64,000 bases of DNA from an uncultured Planctomycetota bacterium (lineage in GTDB: Bacteria; Planctomycetota; Planctomycetia; Isosphaerales; Isosphaeraceae). Location of the stretch: the NCBI GenBank assembly GCA_963823665.1, contig CAWGMQ010000011.1, forward strand, positions 128,001 through 192,000, in the 5' to 3' direction. The notes beneath the pieces were generated by a model that was not told the origin of the DNA, ran no database searches, and was given only the letters and a program-made list of their open reading frames with translations. The translations under genes were made by a program, and so were the position numbers. Below, piece after piece: positions 1-10,630 of the stretch (the stretch's first letter is position 1; each line of letters begins with the position of its first letter).

Positions 1-3000
1 AGCTTCCTGGAGCGGGTTCGCGAAGCGCAGGTGCACGCAGGCGTTTCGACCTCTGAAAAGTCGGCACCGGGGGTGCAGCGAGAGAAGGGCACGAAGGTTC
101 TGGCTCCGCCACCGGCCGCCACGCTTCCGCCTGGGCTGGCCGACCACGCGGAATACGAGATCAAGGGTGAGCTCGGCCGCGGCGGAATGGGCGTGGTGTA
201 CCTGGCCCACAATACCATGATGGGTCGGGACGAGGTGCTCAAGGTGATGGGAAGGCACATCATGGAGCGGCCCGGCGTGCTCGATCGGTTCCTCCGCGAG
301 ATTCGGGCCGTGGCCAAGCTTCGTCACCCCAATATCGTTACGGCGTACCACGCCACGATGCTTGGCGAAAGCACCGTCTTTGCGATGGAGTACGTCGAGG
401 GCTACGACCTCGCGCAGCTTGTGAAGAGCCAGGGGCATTTGCCGGTGGCACTTGCCTGCAACTTTGTTTATCAGGCGGCTCTTGGGCTGCAACACGCCCA
501 CGAGGAAGGGCTTGTGCACCGAGACATCAAGCCGGGCAACCTGATGCTCTCGCGTAAAGGAAAGAAGCCGACGATCAAGGTGCTGGATTTCGGGCTGGCC
601 AAGGCGACCCGTGAAGAGAAGGTTGAAGGCGAGTTGACTTCGGAGGGACAGGCACTCGGCACGCCGGATTTCATGGCCCCCGAACAGATCATGGACGCCA
701 TGAGCGCCGATATCAGGGCCGATATCTATAGCCTGGGTGGGACGCTGTATTACCTGCTGTCGGGCCGCCCGCCATTTCAGGCGAATTCGATGTACGACAT
801 GTACCAAGCTCATATATCCCAGGATGCCAGCCCACTCAACCTTGTTCGCCCCGAGGTGCAGGCGGAGCTGGCGGCGTTGGTCGCCAAGATGATGGCCAAA
901 GACCCGGCCAGGCGGTTTCAGACGCCGGGTGAGGTCGCGAAGGCTTTGCTGCCATTCTTCAAGGCTGGCAGCGCGAGGCCGATCTTCGAAACATCTCAAG
1001 TCAGCCAGACTCACGGAATTGTGCCGAGCGCCGAATTGGTCTCCACGCCATACCAACCTGCGTCGAGTGTGCGACGGCCGGTCGTTCGGGCCGAGAGAGC
1101 AACCGAGCACTGTTTAGCCGAGCCTCGATGAGAGCGCGCGGATCAGCTTCCTGTAGCCGGCAGTCCTTCCTATCCAACGGCCCCCGGCACGAATGCAAGC
1201 CGCCACCGACCGCGCTGGTCTTGGCCCGTTGTCGCCGCCCCGGCGGGGTTGGTGGCAATCCTGTTCGGAATCATCATTGCCATCATCATTGAGCGAAACC
1301 GCGTTACGGTCGTTGTGCAGAGGGACGATTCTCTAGCCAAGCCTGCGGTCGATCCTGGGAACGCGCCCATCAGTGCCGCGAAGAGGCCGGTTGTCAAAGC
1401 GCCGACGGACCAATTACAGTCGGCGGAACCGCGGTGGGAACCCCTGTTCAACGGCAGAGACCTCACGGGCTGGGTTTTCGACGGCGGAGAGAAGACGGGA
1501 TGGGAGTGGAAGAATGGGGAACTGGTGATGCACGCCGTCGAAAAAGACAATCTCGACCACCTGGGTTATCTCCTGAGCGAGCAGGAGTACACGGACTTTC
1601 GCTTGCGCTTTGAATTTCAGCCAAGTAGCCGCGCCGAAAGCGGCGTTGCATTTCGCGCGGTGCCGCACGAGACCGCACGCAATCTTAAAGTGACCCACCA
1701 TCATGACATGCCTTTTCACTTAACCGTATGGATTGGACAGGCCGGTACCCGAGATTTGACGGGCGCGGTGTGGTGTTCTCCCTTTGGCGACCTGACTGAA
1801 CAGTGGCTGCCGAACCACCGGGCGCAGTTGAAGCCGTCGGGTGAGTGGAATGCGATGGTGATTGAAATCCGAGGTCAATCCCTTCGGGTCGCCGTCAACG
1901 GCGATGAGAACCAGAACATCCCGCTCAACCGAGACCGGCCCATGAAAATCCCTCCTCCGGGGTTAGGTCGATTCGAGGGACGCGTGGGCTTTCTCAATCG
2001 AACCGGCGAGGTGCGGTTTCGAAATGTTGAAATTACGGAACTGGGTACAGCAGCAACGAAGGTTGTGCGGGCGAAGAATCCGCCGGCTAGGCCGCGCGAA
2101 GTTTTCAAGAACAGTGTCGGGATCGAATTGAGACTCATTCCGAATGGTGAATTCCTGATGGGCTCTCCCAGGGATGACAAGGATGCCGGCGACTCGGAAA
2201 AACCGCCACACCCGGTGAGGATCACTCGGAGCTTTTACCTGGGCGTCACCGAGGTAACGCGCGGCCAGTTCAGCCGGTTTGTCGATGCGACCGGCTACCA
2301 GACTGACGCGGAGAAAGACGGCAAAGGGGGCGGGGGCTGGAACCATGAGACAAAGAAGCTCGAGGCTAATGCGCGATTCACGTGGCGGAACGCCGGGTTT
2401 GAACAAACGAACGAGCATCCAGCGGTAAACCTGAGCTGGAACGATGCGCAAGCTTATATCGCCTGGCTCAGCCGTAAGGAAGGCAAGCGCTATCGTCTGC
2501 CGACCGAGGCGGAATGGGAGTATTCCTGCCGCGCTGGGACGAAGAGCCGGTACGCATGCGGCGCCGACCCGGAGGGCCTGGCGGCCGTTGGAAACGTTGC
2601 CGATCGAGCCGCCAGGGCTATATTTCCCGATTTCTGGTGGGCGATCGCCGCGTCCGATGGCTTCGCCCACACGGCACCGGTCGGTGGATTTCGACAAAAC
2701 AGTTTTGGATTACATGACATGCATGGCAACGTCTGGGAATGGTGCTCCGACGGGTACGACCCCAATTATTACAAAAGGTCGCCCAGAGATGATCCGCAAG
2801 GCGACCCGGGTGCCTCACGCCGCGTGATCCGCGGTGGGGGTTGGTTCAACCGACCCAGTACCTGCCGATCGGCGGAACGCGGGCCCTGGTTCGCGCCGAG
2901 CGACCGGAGCTTCGACGTCGGCTTTCGTTTGGCGATGGACGCGCCCGACGATGAAAGCGTGTCCGCGGACGCGGGCTCGCGCCGGAGCTCGCTCAATTCG

Positions 3001-4573
3001 GATAACGGAAATAATCAGGACCCGCCCCCTCCAGTGTCCGACGACGTAGATCGTCGAGCAGCAACGGCGGCATTGTCACTGCGCGGCACTGTGAAGATCC
3101 GCGTGAACGGCCAGGAGCAGCGAATCGAGCCAGGCAAGTCGCTGCCCAAGGACGCTCTCGAGCTGACGCACGTCCAGCTTGGCGACCAACCCGAGTTAAC
3201 CGACGCCGGGCTCGTGCCCTTTGCGGGGCTAACGAATCTCGTTGACCTCCGCCTGAGTAAGTCCCCGAAAATCACGGATGTCGGCTTCGCGCATTTGCGG
3301 AATCTGCCACGGCTCACGGGACTTTCTCTTGACGGCACCGGCATTACCGACGAAGGCCTGGCGAATTTGAAAGATCTGACGACGCTAAGCGCGCTCAATC
3401 TCGGGAACACAGCCGTTACTGATCGAGGGCTCGCGCATCTGGAGGGTCTCACGCGGCTTGTCTTCTTGAGCCTGGAAGGCTTGCGCGTGTCAGGCGCCGG
3501 ACTGATGCACCTGCGACGTCTGGAGCAGCTCGATACCCTCTGGCTGATGCGAACTTCCCTGACTGACGCCGGACTTGAGAACGTACGATCCTTGACGAAG
3601 CTGCGGCATCTGGCGCTCTGGGGCACTCAGGTGACGGACCTGGGGCTGGTGCACCTCCGGAGTCTGTCGCTGCTTGAGGGGCTCATGCTGGGCGGGACCC
3701 ACGTGAGCGAGAATGGATTGGCGAGTCTTGGCAGTCTCAGTCAACTCAAGCACCTCTGGCTCGACGGGACGCGAGTGACGGATTCCGGGCTCGCGCAACT
3801 GGAGGGCCTGACCGGGCTCAAAGAACTCGATCTGAACGGAACGGGCGTGACCGACGTTGGGCTCGGGCGCCTTCAGAAGCTACCGCAACTGGAGTTGCTG
3901 CGTTTGAACGGCACCCGCGTGAGCGACGCCGGTCTGGCGCTGATTGGTCCATTGCCAAAGCTCAGGAGTCTGTGGCTGGACGGAACTCGCGTGAGCGATG
4001 CCGGGCTCAAGCACTTGAAGGATGCGACCCAGCTCAAAGAGCTCCGGCTGAACAGGACCAGCTTGACGAACGATGGAATCATGCAGTTGCAACACTTGAC
4101 CCAACTCGAGGAGATCCAGTCCCAAGGTACGAATGTCACGGTGACGGGTGCGGGCGAGGCTCAGGAAAAAGATTCCAGCGTGCCGGATCGTGACCGATCC
4201 TGCTGGAACGACAGATCTCGAAAAACTGCAGGGGAGCTGGGTCGAGAATTCCTGCGAAGATTCTGGGCAGGAAATCGGGGTTGGCCGTCAACGCCAGGCC
4301 TGGGTCATGAATTTCAACGGAAATCGGTACAACCTTACGGATGATGCCGGTGTGGTCCAGGATTCACCCTTCGCCCTCATGCCGGGATTAGTGCCCAGGG
4401 CCATAGACATTCATCGCTTCGAAGGCAAAGGTCCAACGATCCAGGGTATCTATGTGCTTGATGGCGACACTCTGAGAACGTGCTGGACGAGTCCAGGTTT
4501 CGCGCGGCCGACCGAGTTCAGCACGAAGCAAGGGACTGGCTTCCTCTTGCAGACCTGGCAACGATCTCGCTAA
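1..4573 (+). CDS. Multidomain Ser/Thr protein kinase (kinase - TM - DUF1080 - FGE-sulfatase - LRR - TIGR03067-like); 5'-truncated by the window edge, interrupted by an in-frame TGA (1129-1131) and a frameshift (~4150)
   Basis: Kinase motifs LGRGGMGVVY, HRDIKPGN, DFGLAK, GTPDFMAPEQ. The frame is open from base 1. ORFs 31..1131 and 1249..4344 share one frame separated only by a TGA. Then hydrophobic segment, 'PLFNGRDLTGW' (DUF1080), 'RLPTEAEWEYSCRAG...MHGNVWEWC' (FGE), many LxxLxLxGTxVTDxGL repeats; 'DLEKLQGSW...GIYVLDGDTLRTC' in ORF 4148..4573. Confidence 0.85.
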
Positions 4574-5086
4574 GTCGCGACACGTTGGGTCACAGGCATC
4601 GACTCGCTGTCATGAGAGGGCCACGCGGTGTCCGCCTCTCTCCTGTTCGCTCAACTCCGACATTGGTCTGGGCGATTGGGTCTCTACGACTCGGATGGGT
4701 TTCACGTAACCACGCTGGAATGGGTAAGACCCGGGATCGAGACTCCTTTTTCGCCAGGGACCCAGACACCCACCCTCTGCAGTCGGTCCCGCGGAAAGCC
4801 ACACGCACGTGACTCGCACCGGTTCGCGTCCCGCGATCGCTGGGTACCTCGCGGCCGACGCCGCGCACAGCACGCGCTTTGTCACGCACGGTTAGCAACC
4901 AGGTGCGCTCGGCTACGTTGCCGGCGTTTGCACGCGTCAATTGCTGCGAACCGCTTGATATTGACGGCCATGCTTCGTCGCTTGCCGCGCCGGCGAAGGA
5001 GACGACGCAGGCTGGCCTCGAATCCAATCGAATTCCGGGTCAGCCGCTGCGACCAGCGCTAGCGAGCGAGCGAGCGAGTCGCTTAC

Positions 5087-5380
5087 CTACAGAAACGCGA
5101 CTTGCACGGCCGCCTTGCCCTGAAACCAGCGCCGCGAGCAACGCGGTGCAGCGCACACAAGCAAACTCGCTCGACCTGCCGCTTGCTTGAACATGCGACC
5201 GCTGCGCACCGTGTGCACCCAATTCGATTGATCCACCCCCAGCCGGTCCAGGATGGGAGCCAGGTCTTCAGAGATTGCCCCACGCTTGTCCCGCCCCCCC
5301 GGCCCGTTCAATCGAGCAGCATGACGTACTTCTGGTCTCGATCGGCAGAAACCCTTGATCCGATGCCCGCGGAGGGAGCG
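5087..5380 (-). pseudogene. C-terminal remnant of a Y1/REP-associated-type (IS200-like) transposase
   Basis: Joining three frames gives RASDQGFLPIE..KYVMLLD*TGR..DKRGAISEDLAPILDRLGVDQSNWVHTVRSGRMFKQAAGR..RRWFQG, which resembles the C-terminus of these transposases as I recall it. Frameshifts and a stop are present; no HUH catalytic region is visible. Confidence 0.6.
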
Positions 5381-5442
5381 GCAGTGTTGACACCGCTTGG
5401 AGCGGCACGGTTGATACCGCGGCAGAACAGCCAGCAGGTGCC

Positions 5443-5522
5443 CGACACCCCGCGGCATCGACATGGTCGCTCGCGACTGGTCCGCGCGGCGAAACCATTT
5501 CTGAAGGTGCAGCGGCGAGCTT
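5443..5522 (+). repeat. ~80 bp direct repeat, copy 1 (copy 2 at 8363-8443)
   Basis: cgacaccccgcggcatcgacatggtcgctcgcgactggtccgcgcggcgaaaccatttctgaaggtgcagcggcgagctt; differs from copy 2 by 2 substitutions and 1 indel. Confidence 0.9.
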
Positions 5523-5774
5523 GGAAGCAACGACGGTTTGCTTGGAGCAAACCAGAAGTTCAGACGGCCGTCGCCGCGACTGCTTCGGCAGGAGCCCGGT
5601 GGCGACATTTGGATGAGGGATGCCGTCTCCACATCAGATCGGTGCGTGTCTGCCTCCCTTCCAAGGAAGAAATCGACACCTCCTACACCACGGAATCGTC
5701 AAGCAGGGCAACATGAACCTTGGCACCCTGGAATTCAAGTTGTTGAAGAAGTAAGATCCAATCCGAAAACCGGC

Positions 5775-5830
5775 GGGGACTGTCCGAGTTTCGCAAGTTC
5801 CGCCGAGCAAAATGAGATTGTTCGCGTCTC
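5775..5830. repeat. Degenerate REP-like element
   Basis: ggggactgtccgagtttcgcaagttccgccgagcaaaatgagattgttcgc resembles, from memory, the GGGACTGTCCC...AAAATGGGACTGTCCCC intergenic repeats of planctomycetes. Only one copy in the window. Confidence 0.4.
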
Positions 5831-5853
5831 ATAGACGGTACCCGGAGTGAGTC

Positions 5854-8181
5854 ATGGGCAGACCGCGTTCATGCGCAAGCGTTTGGACCAGGCTCATCGC
5901 GTTCGCGTCGATCATCACTTGCGTTTTCGGTTTGGCCGAAACGACGCTGGCGGGCGGACAATATGTGCAAGTCAGTTACGCCGCGTCAGCCGAAGCGGAC
6001 GAACTGCAAGTCGCCGTCACTTATACCATGTGGATTCCCGACGGTGTCCCGCGCCTGCGCGGCGTGATTGTTCACCAGCACGGCGCCGGAACCACAGCCT
6101 CGAAGGAAGGTTCTACTGCCGCCTATGACCTGCACTGGCAGGCGCTGGCGAAGAAATGGGACTGCGCGCTCCTGGGCCCATCGTATCACGTGCTCCACCA
6201 ACTAAATGACCTCTCCCCCCGCAGCTCGCAACTTTGGTTCGATCCGCGCAGAGGCTCGGAAAAGGCCTTTCTCAAGGCACTCCGCGATCTGGGCGCCAAG
6301 TCTGGTCATCCCGAATTGGAGACCATTCCTTGGGCCCTCTGGGGACATTCGGGAGGCGGGATCTGGGCGGATGTGATGAATACGATGCATCCGGATCGCA
6401 TCGTGGCGATGTGGCTCCGCTCCGGATCAGTGGCGCAGTTCCGAACGCATGATGAGTTCCCGCAGCCGCAAGTCCCGGCCGCCGCTTATGCAATCCCCAT
6501 CATGCTTAACCCCGGCGTGAAGGAAAAGGCGACCTTCAAGCCCAACCCGAAAGGCAAAGAGAAGGGGCCGTGGTACGGCAATCTCGCCACCTTTCACGAA
6601 TATCGAGCCGCGGACGCCCTCGTCGGCTTCGCGCCGGACCCGCGCACCGACCACGAATGCGGCGACTCGCGTTACCTGGCTATCTTGTACCTTGATGCGT
6701 GCTTGGCGATGCGCTTGCCGGACAAGGGAAGCAAAACGCAAACCCTTAAACCGATGGATACGAGCAAAGCGTGGCTGGCGCCACTTACGGGCAACGAGGC
6801 GGTGCCATGCGCGGCATTCAAGGGCGATCTCAAGGAATCCGTTTGGCTGCCCAATCAAGCGGTGGCGAAGGCGTGGATGGAATACGTCAAAACCGGCGCC
6901 GTCAGCGACACGACTCCTCCGCCGGCGCCCGCCGACGTAAAAGTCTGGCCCAAAGGCGCAAAGGGAGAGGAAGGTGCGGAAATCGTCTGGACGGCCGAGG
7001 CCGATTTCGAGAGCGGTATCGGCGGCTTCATCGTGTTGCGGGACGGGCAAGAATTGGCGAAGCTGCCGGAGACGCCGGTCGGCAGATTCGGGCGGCCTTT
7101 GTTTCAATCCATGACGTATCACGACACGCCGGCGCAGCCACTTCCGGAAACCCGATACTTCGACGCAACCTTCAAACCCGTCGCCAAGCACAGCTACCAA
7201 ATCATCACGGTGAACAGCGTCGGCTTGAAGTCGGAGCCGTCGATCAAGGCCGAGGCGTATCCGCGGGCCAACACCTCCACGTGGTATCGAGTGGATCCGA
7301 ACTGGCCCGAAACTCGCGACAAGCTCGGTTGGGGGCCGATGTCCGGCGTGGCGGTGGACGGTCAAGACAATGTGTGGGTGCTTGCCAGATCGAATCCGCC
7401 CGTTCGCGTCTACAAGCCGAACGGAACATTCACACGAGCGTGGGGAACCGGGTTGCTCGACACGCCGCATCAATTGAAGCTGGACCACCAGGGCAATGTT
7501 TGGCTGGTCGATTCGGGCAACCATGTCGTGCTTCGGTGCACCGATGAAGGAAAAGTGATCCGCACTCTCGGCACGCGCGGTGAGGCGGGTAGCGACGAGC
7601 GCCATTTCAACCGGCCCGCTGACGTGGCCATCACACCCGAGGGTGATGTCTTCGTCGCGGACGGCTACGGCAACTCCCGCGTGGTCCATTTCGACAAAAA
7701 CGGCAAATTCGTCAACTCATGGGGCAGACTTGGCACGGAACCGGGCGAATTCAGCCTGCCGCACGCCATCGCCCTGGATTCCAAAGGTCGGCTCTATGTG
7801 GCCGACCGTAACAATGTTCGAATCCAGGTTTTTGACCAGGACGGAAGTTTCCTTGACCAATGGCGGAACATCGTCGTACCGTGCGCTTTCTGGATGACCA
7901 AGGACGACGAACTCTGGGTATGCGGTTCCTCCCCCATGCCCTGGCGCGAGGATGACAAAGTCCTGGGTTATCCTCCCGTTAACCAACTTTTCATGAAATT
8001 CAATACGTCGGGCAAATTACTCCAACTCTGGTCTGTTCCGCTAGGGGAAGACGGCAAGGAGCGGCCGGGCGATTTGAATTGGGCGCACGGCCTCGCTCTG
8101 GACTCCAAAGGAAATATCTACGCGGTGGACATCAAGGGCAAGCGGGCCCAGAAATTCGTGCCGCAGGACTTCCGTCCGTAG
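5854..8181 (+). CDS. Secreted alpha/beta-hydrolase + FN3-like + NHL (peptidyl-alpha-hydroxyglycine alpha-amidating lyase-like) fusion protein
   Basis: Signal-like N-terminus; GHSGG nucleophile elbow; DTTPPPAP linker; NHL repeats FNRPADVA, VADGYGNSRV, FSLPHAIALD, VADRNNVRIQVF. Confidence 0.8.
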   Translation: MGRPRSCASVWTRLIAFASIITCVFGLAETTLAGGQYVQVSYAASAEADELQVAVTYTMWIPDGVPRLRGVIVHQHGAGTTASKEGSTAAYDLHWQALAKKWDCALLGPSYHVLHQLNDLSPRSSQLWFDPRRGSEKAFLKALRDLGAKSGHPELETIPWALWGHSGGGIWADVMNTMHPDRIVAMWLRSGSVAQFRTHDEFPQPQVPAAAYAIPIMLNPGVKEKATFKPNPKGKEKGPWYGNLATFHEYRAADALVGFAPDPRTDHECGDSRYLAILYLDACLAMRLPDKGSKTQTLKPMDTSKAWLAPLTGNEAVPCAAFKGDLKESVWLPNQAVAKAWMEYVKTGAVSDTTPPPAPADVKVWPKGAKGEEGAEIVWTAEADFESGIGGFIVLRDGQELAKLPETPVGRFGRPLFQSMTYHDTPAQPLPETRYFDATFKPVAKHSYQIITVNSVGLKSEPSIKAEAYPRANTSTWYRVDPNWPETRDKLGWGPMSGVAVDGQDNVWVLARSNPPVRVYKPNGTFTRAWGTGLLDTPHQLKLDHQGNVWLVDSGNHVVLRCTDEGKVIRTLGTRGEAGSDERHFNRPADVAITPEGDVFVADGYGNSRVVHFDKNGKFVNSWGRLGTEPGEFSLPHAIALDSKGRLYVADRNNVRIQVFDQDGSFLDQWRNIVVPCAFWMTKDDELWVCGSSPMPWREDDKVLGYPPVNQLFMKFNTSGKLLQLWSVPLGEDGKERPGDLNWAHGLALDSKGNIYAVDIKGKRAQKFVPQDFRP

Positions 8182-8362
8182 ATGCAACAGGCAGGCACTG
8201 GTAGCGATCAAGGGGGGAAGTAAAGAAATGGGGACGACGGCGGGACGAGCACCGGACGTTCCACTCCTCGCTCCTCGGTAAGATCGACGAATGGCACGTA
8301 GATTTTTCTAAATTACTTGATCATATCGAGTTAAATCTCCTTTCGGGGCTTGGTCAGGCGGT

Positions 8363-8443
8363 CGACGCCCCGCGGCATCGACATGGTCGCTCGCGACTGG
8401 TCAGCGCGGCGAAACCATTTCTGAAGGTGCAGCCGGCGAGCTT
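8363..8443 (+). repeat. ~80 bp direct repeat, copy 2
   Basis: Near-identical to 5443-5522. Confidence 0.9.
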
Positions 8444-8564
8444 TCGGCCTGCCCGCTTCCGGGCACACCTTAGCTGTGCGCCGTGTGAAGTTTTTGATCT
8501 ACAGTGGGTGCAATTCCCACCCGGCAACTGGGTCGCTCCAGCCGGTGGTCCGTGGAGATCGCTC

Positions 8565-8705
8565 ATGGTCGAGGAGTTGATCATCGCGCGTGTGGACGGA
8601 CTCCCGCTCAACCGGTTTGCGGAAATGCTCGCAGAGAGCGAGGCTTCGGGGTATCGGTTCCTGCGCCGGGTGGTTACTGGAATCGGGCGGCTGAACGGGC
8701 GGTGA
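8565..8705 (+). pseudogene. N-terminal fragment of a probable GNAT acetyltransferase
   Basis: MVEELIIARVDGLPLNRFAEMLAESEASGYRFLRRVV with an upstream ggag RBS; truncated where it meets the convergent gene. Confidence 0.4.
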
Positions 8706-8710
8706 GACAA

Positions 8711-9887
8711 TCACAGGTAAGAGAGCCAGGTGTCGTTTCGCCGCGCTTTGAGCTGCGCGAACGAGCGGCAAGGGAAGTAGAGCACAACGACGACCGCCGC
8801 GGTGACGAGGTAGAGCAATCCAAGGCTCCAATCGTAGCCGTCCGGCGGTCGGCCCGGCCGCATCGGGTGGTTACCGAAGAGCCAGCCGGTCGCAGCAGGC
8901 GAACGCACAAGCGAGATACCGAGAGCCATCGCATGAGCGAGTGGGATATGCAGCAGATAGAAGAACAACGGTACGCGCCCGAATACGGTCAACCACCGTG
9001 CGACGCGGCCATTCGCTCGTTCAAGTAAGGGCAGAACAGCGATGGTCGGCCCGAGCGTCATGAGCAGAAAGAGGAGTGATGCAGGATATTTCGTGGCCGT
9101 CAGGAACGTGATCCAGAGCGGAACCTGCGCATTCGAGCTCGGACCACGAGCCAGGTAGACGGTCACGCACTGCGCGATGGCAAAGGCCGCGATTGCCGCG
9201 CCGCCGATCGCGTAGCATGCCCGCTCGCGCCGCTCCGCGCTCATTCGAAACACGGCGCCGAAAGCGTGGCCGGCTGCCATGACGCCGATCCAGGGAATGA
9301 TGGAGTAGAGCACCCAGAAATTAGGTTGGCTGCGGCCGATCGCGATGCCGCCGCCGAAATAGAGGATGCGCCAAAACGGGCCGAGCTTCCCTTGCAACAG
9401 CGATTCGTGAGACCCTTGGAACTGAAGCGCGATGAGGTTGTGACCAGCGATGATGACCAAACCCAAGACCGCATTTGCGATCTTGGGCAACCGCACGAGC
9501 ACAGCCATCACGATCATGCACCAGCCAAGCATCCAGATGACGCCGGCGAGCATGTAGTTTGCGAATTCCACGTTGAATGTCCACGCCAGCCGCAAGTATG
9601 TGAGCTCGAGCAGCACGAGCCACGCGCCGCGGACGACAAGCCAGCGGCTGAGCGCGGCCCGGTCTTTCACGCGCTCGCCGTGCAGAAATATCGAGACACC
9701 GGCGAGAAACACGAACGCCGGCGCGCAGAAATTCGTGATCCATCTCGTCAAGAAGATGCCGGTAGCGGATCCGCCGGCGGGAATGCCGGAATAAACTCGT
9801 ACGTGATCGAGTGCCATGAGCACCATCACGGCGCCGCGTACGACGTCGATCGATCGAATGCGGCTCGTTCTGATTGATGGTTGTCAT
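8711..9887 (-). CDS. DUF1624 / heparan-alpha-glucosaminide N-acetyltransferase-like membrane protein (frameshift near 5' end)
   Basis: RIRSIDVVRGAVMVLMALDHVR, TRWITNFCAPAFVFLAG, KYPASLLFLLMTLG, FGRVPLFFYLLH. The ATG at 9887 is one base out of frame with the body. Confidence 0.85.
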
Positions 9888-10000
9888 GCGGCGAGATTAC
9901 CATCGCGCTCGGCACCGTACAACGATTTGTCGGCGAGCGGACTTCAATCGCGTGTGCCCGCCATCTGCAATACGCGGCTCCGATAATCCTCGGTACGAAG

Positions 10001-10283
10001 CTGATTCGTCATGCGTGCGCGGCTGCGGATGCTCGTCGGCAAAATGATGCAGAAGTACGATCGCCTGCAACGCTGGGTCGGTATTGACGACGTCTTGCAG
10101 AGCGCCATCGTGCGGCTACTGCGCGCGCTGGGCTCGACGCCGGTCACGTCCGTGCAGGACTTCTTTTCGCTGGCGGCGCTTCAGATCCGCCGCGAGCTGA
10201 TCGACTTATGCCGGCATTATTTCGGCCCGCACGGCGCGGGGGCGAACCATGAAAGCGCGGGTCGACGGTTCGCCGGACGCTGA
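10001..10283 (+). pseudogene. Truncated ECF-type sigma-70 factor (region 2 only)
   Basis: LIRHAC/RLRMLVGKMM..DDVLQSAIVRLLRAL..FFSLAALQIRRELIDLCRHYFGP resembles planctomycete ECF region 2; frameshift at ~10020; no region 4. Confidence 0.65.
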
Positions 10284-10630
10284 CTGGCGGCCACTCGTTG
10301 AACCGGTTGGCGCCGATGAGAATCAACAAGAACTGGCCTTCTGATTGACCTGGCTCGCGTAAACGCCGCTGAAAGAGAACGTCGGGGCGGCTGGGACAAG
10401 CCGGGGTGCAGGGAACCGCGAAGGCTTTCCAAGGTCGGTGAGGGTTGTACAATACGAGTCAGGATGGCGAACCTCCAGGTCAGGATCGGGTCAAGCCAAC
10501 CCCATTCTATGCTGGAGGGACCGCGCCGGAACTCTGTTCAGCCGTGCCCTCGATCATCAAGCGCTTTTCGCCAGAGCTCCGGTTGGAGGTTCTGGCGACG
10601 CGGACGGTTGTTAGAGCGGGAGACTGCGGC

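Noticed and set aside
1129..1131. TGA as selenocysteine or alternative genetic code
   Set aside because: It lies in a linker at a probable Trp position, and many other genes in the window end normally in TGA.
3150..4150. 72-bp periodicity as a possible CRISPR or DNA repeat array
   Set aside because: Explained by 24-aa leucine-rich repeats in the protein; no identical repeat-spacer structure and no cas genes.
8228..8262. gggacgac..gggacgag..ggacg as a guanidine-II (mini-ykkC) riboswitch
   Set aside because: The ACG motifs are not enclosed in two proper hairpins and no fitting downstream gene follows.
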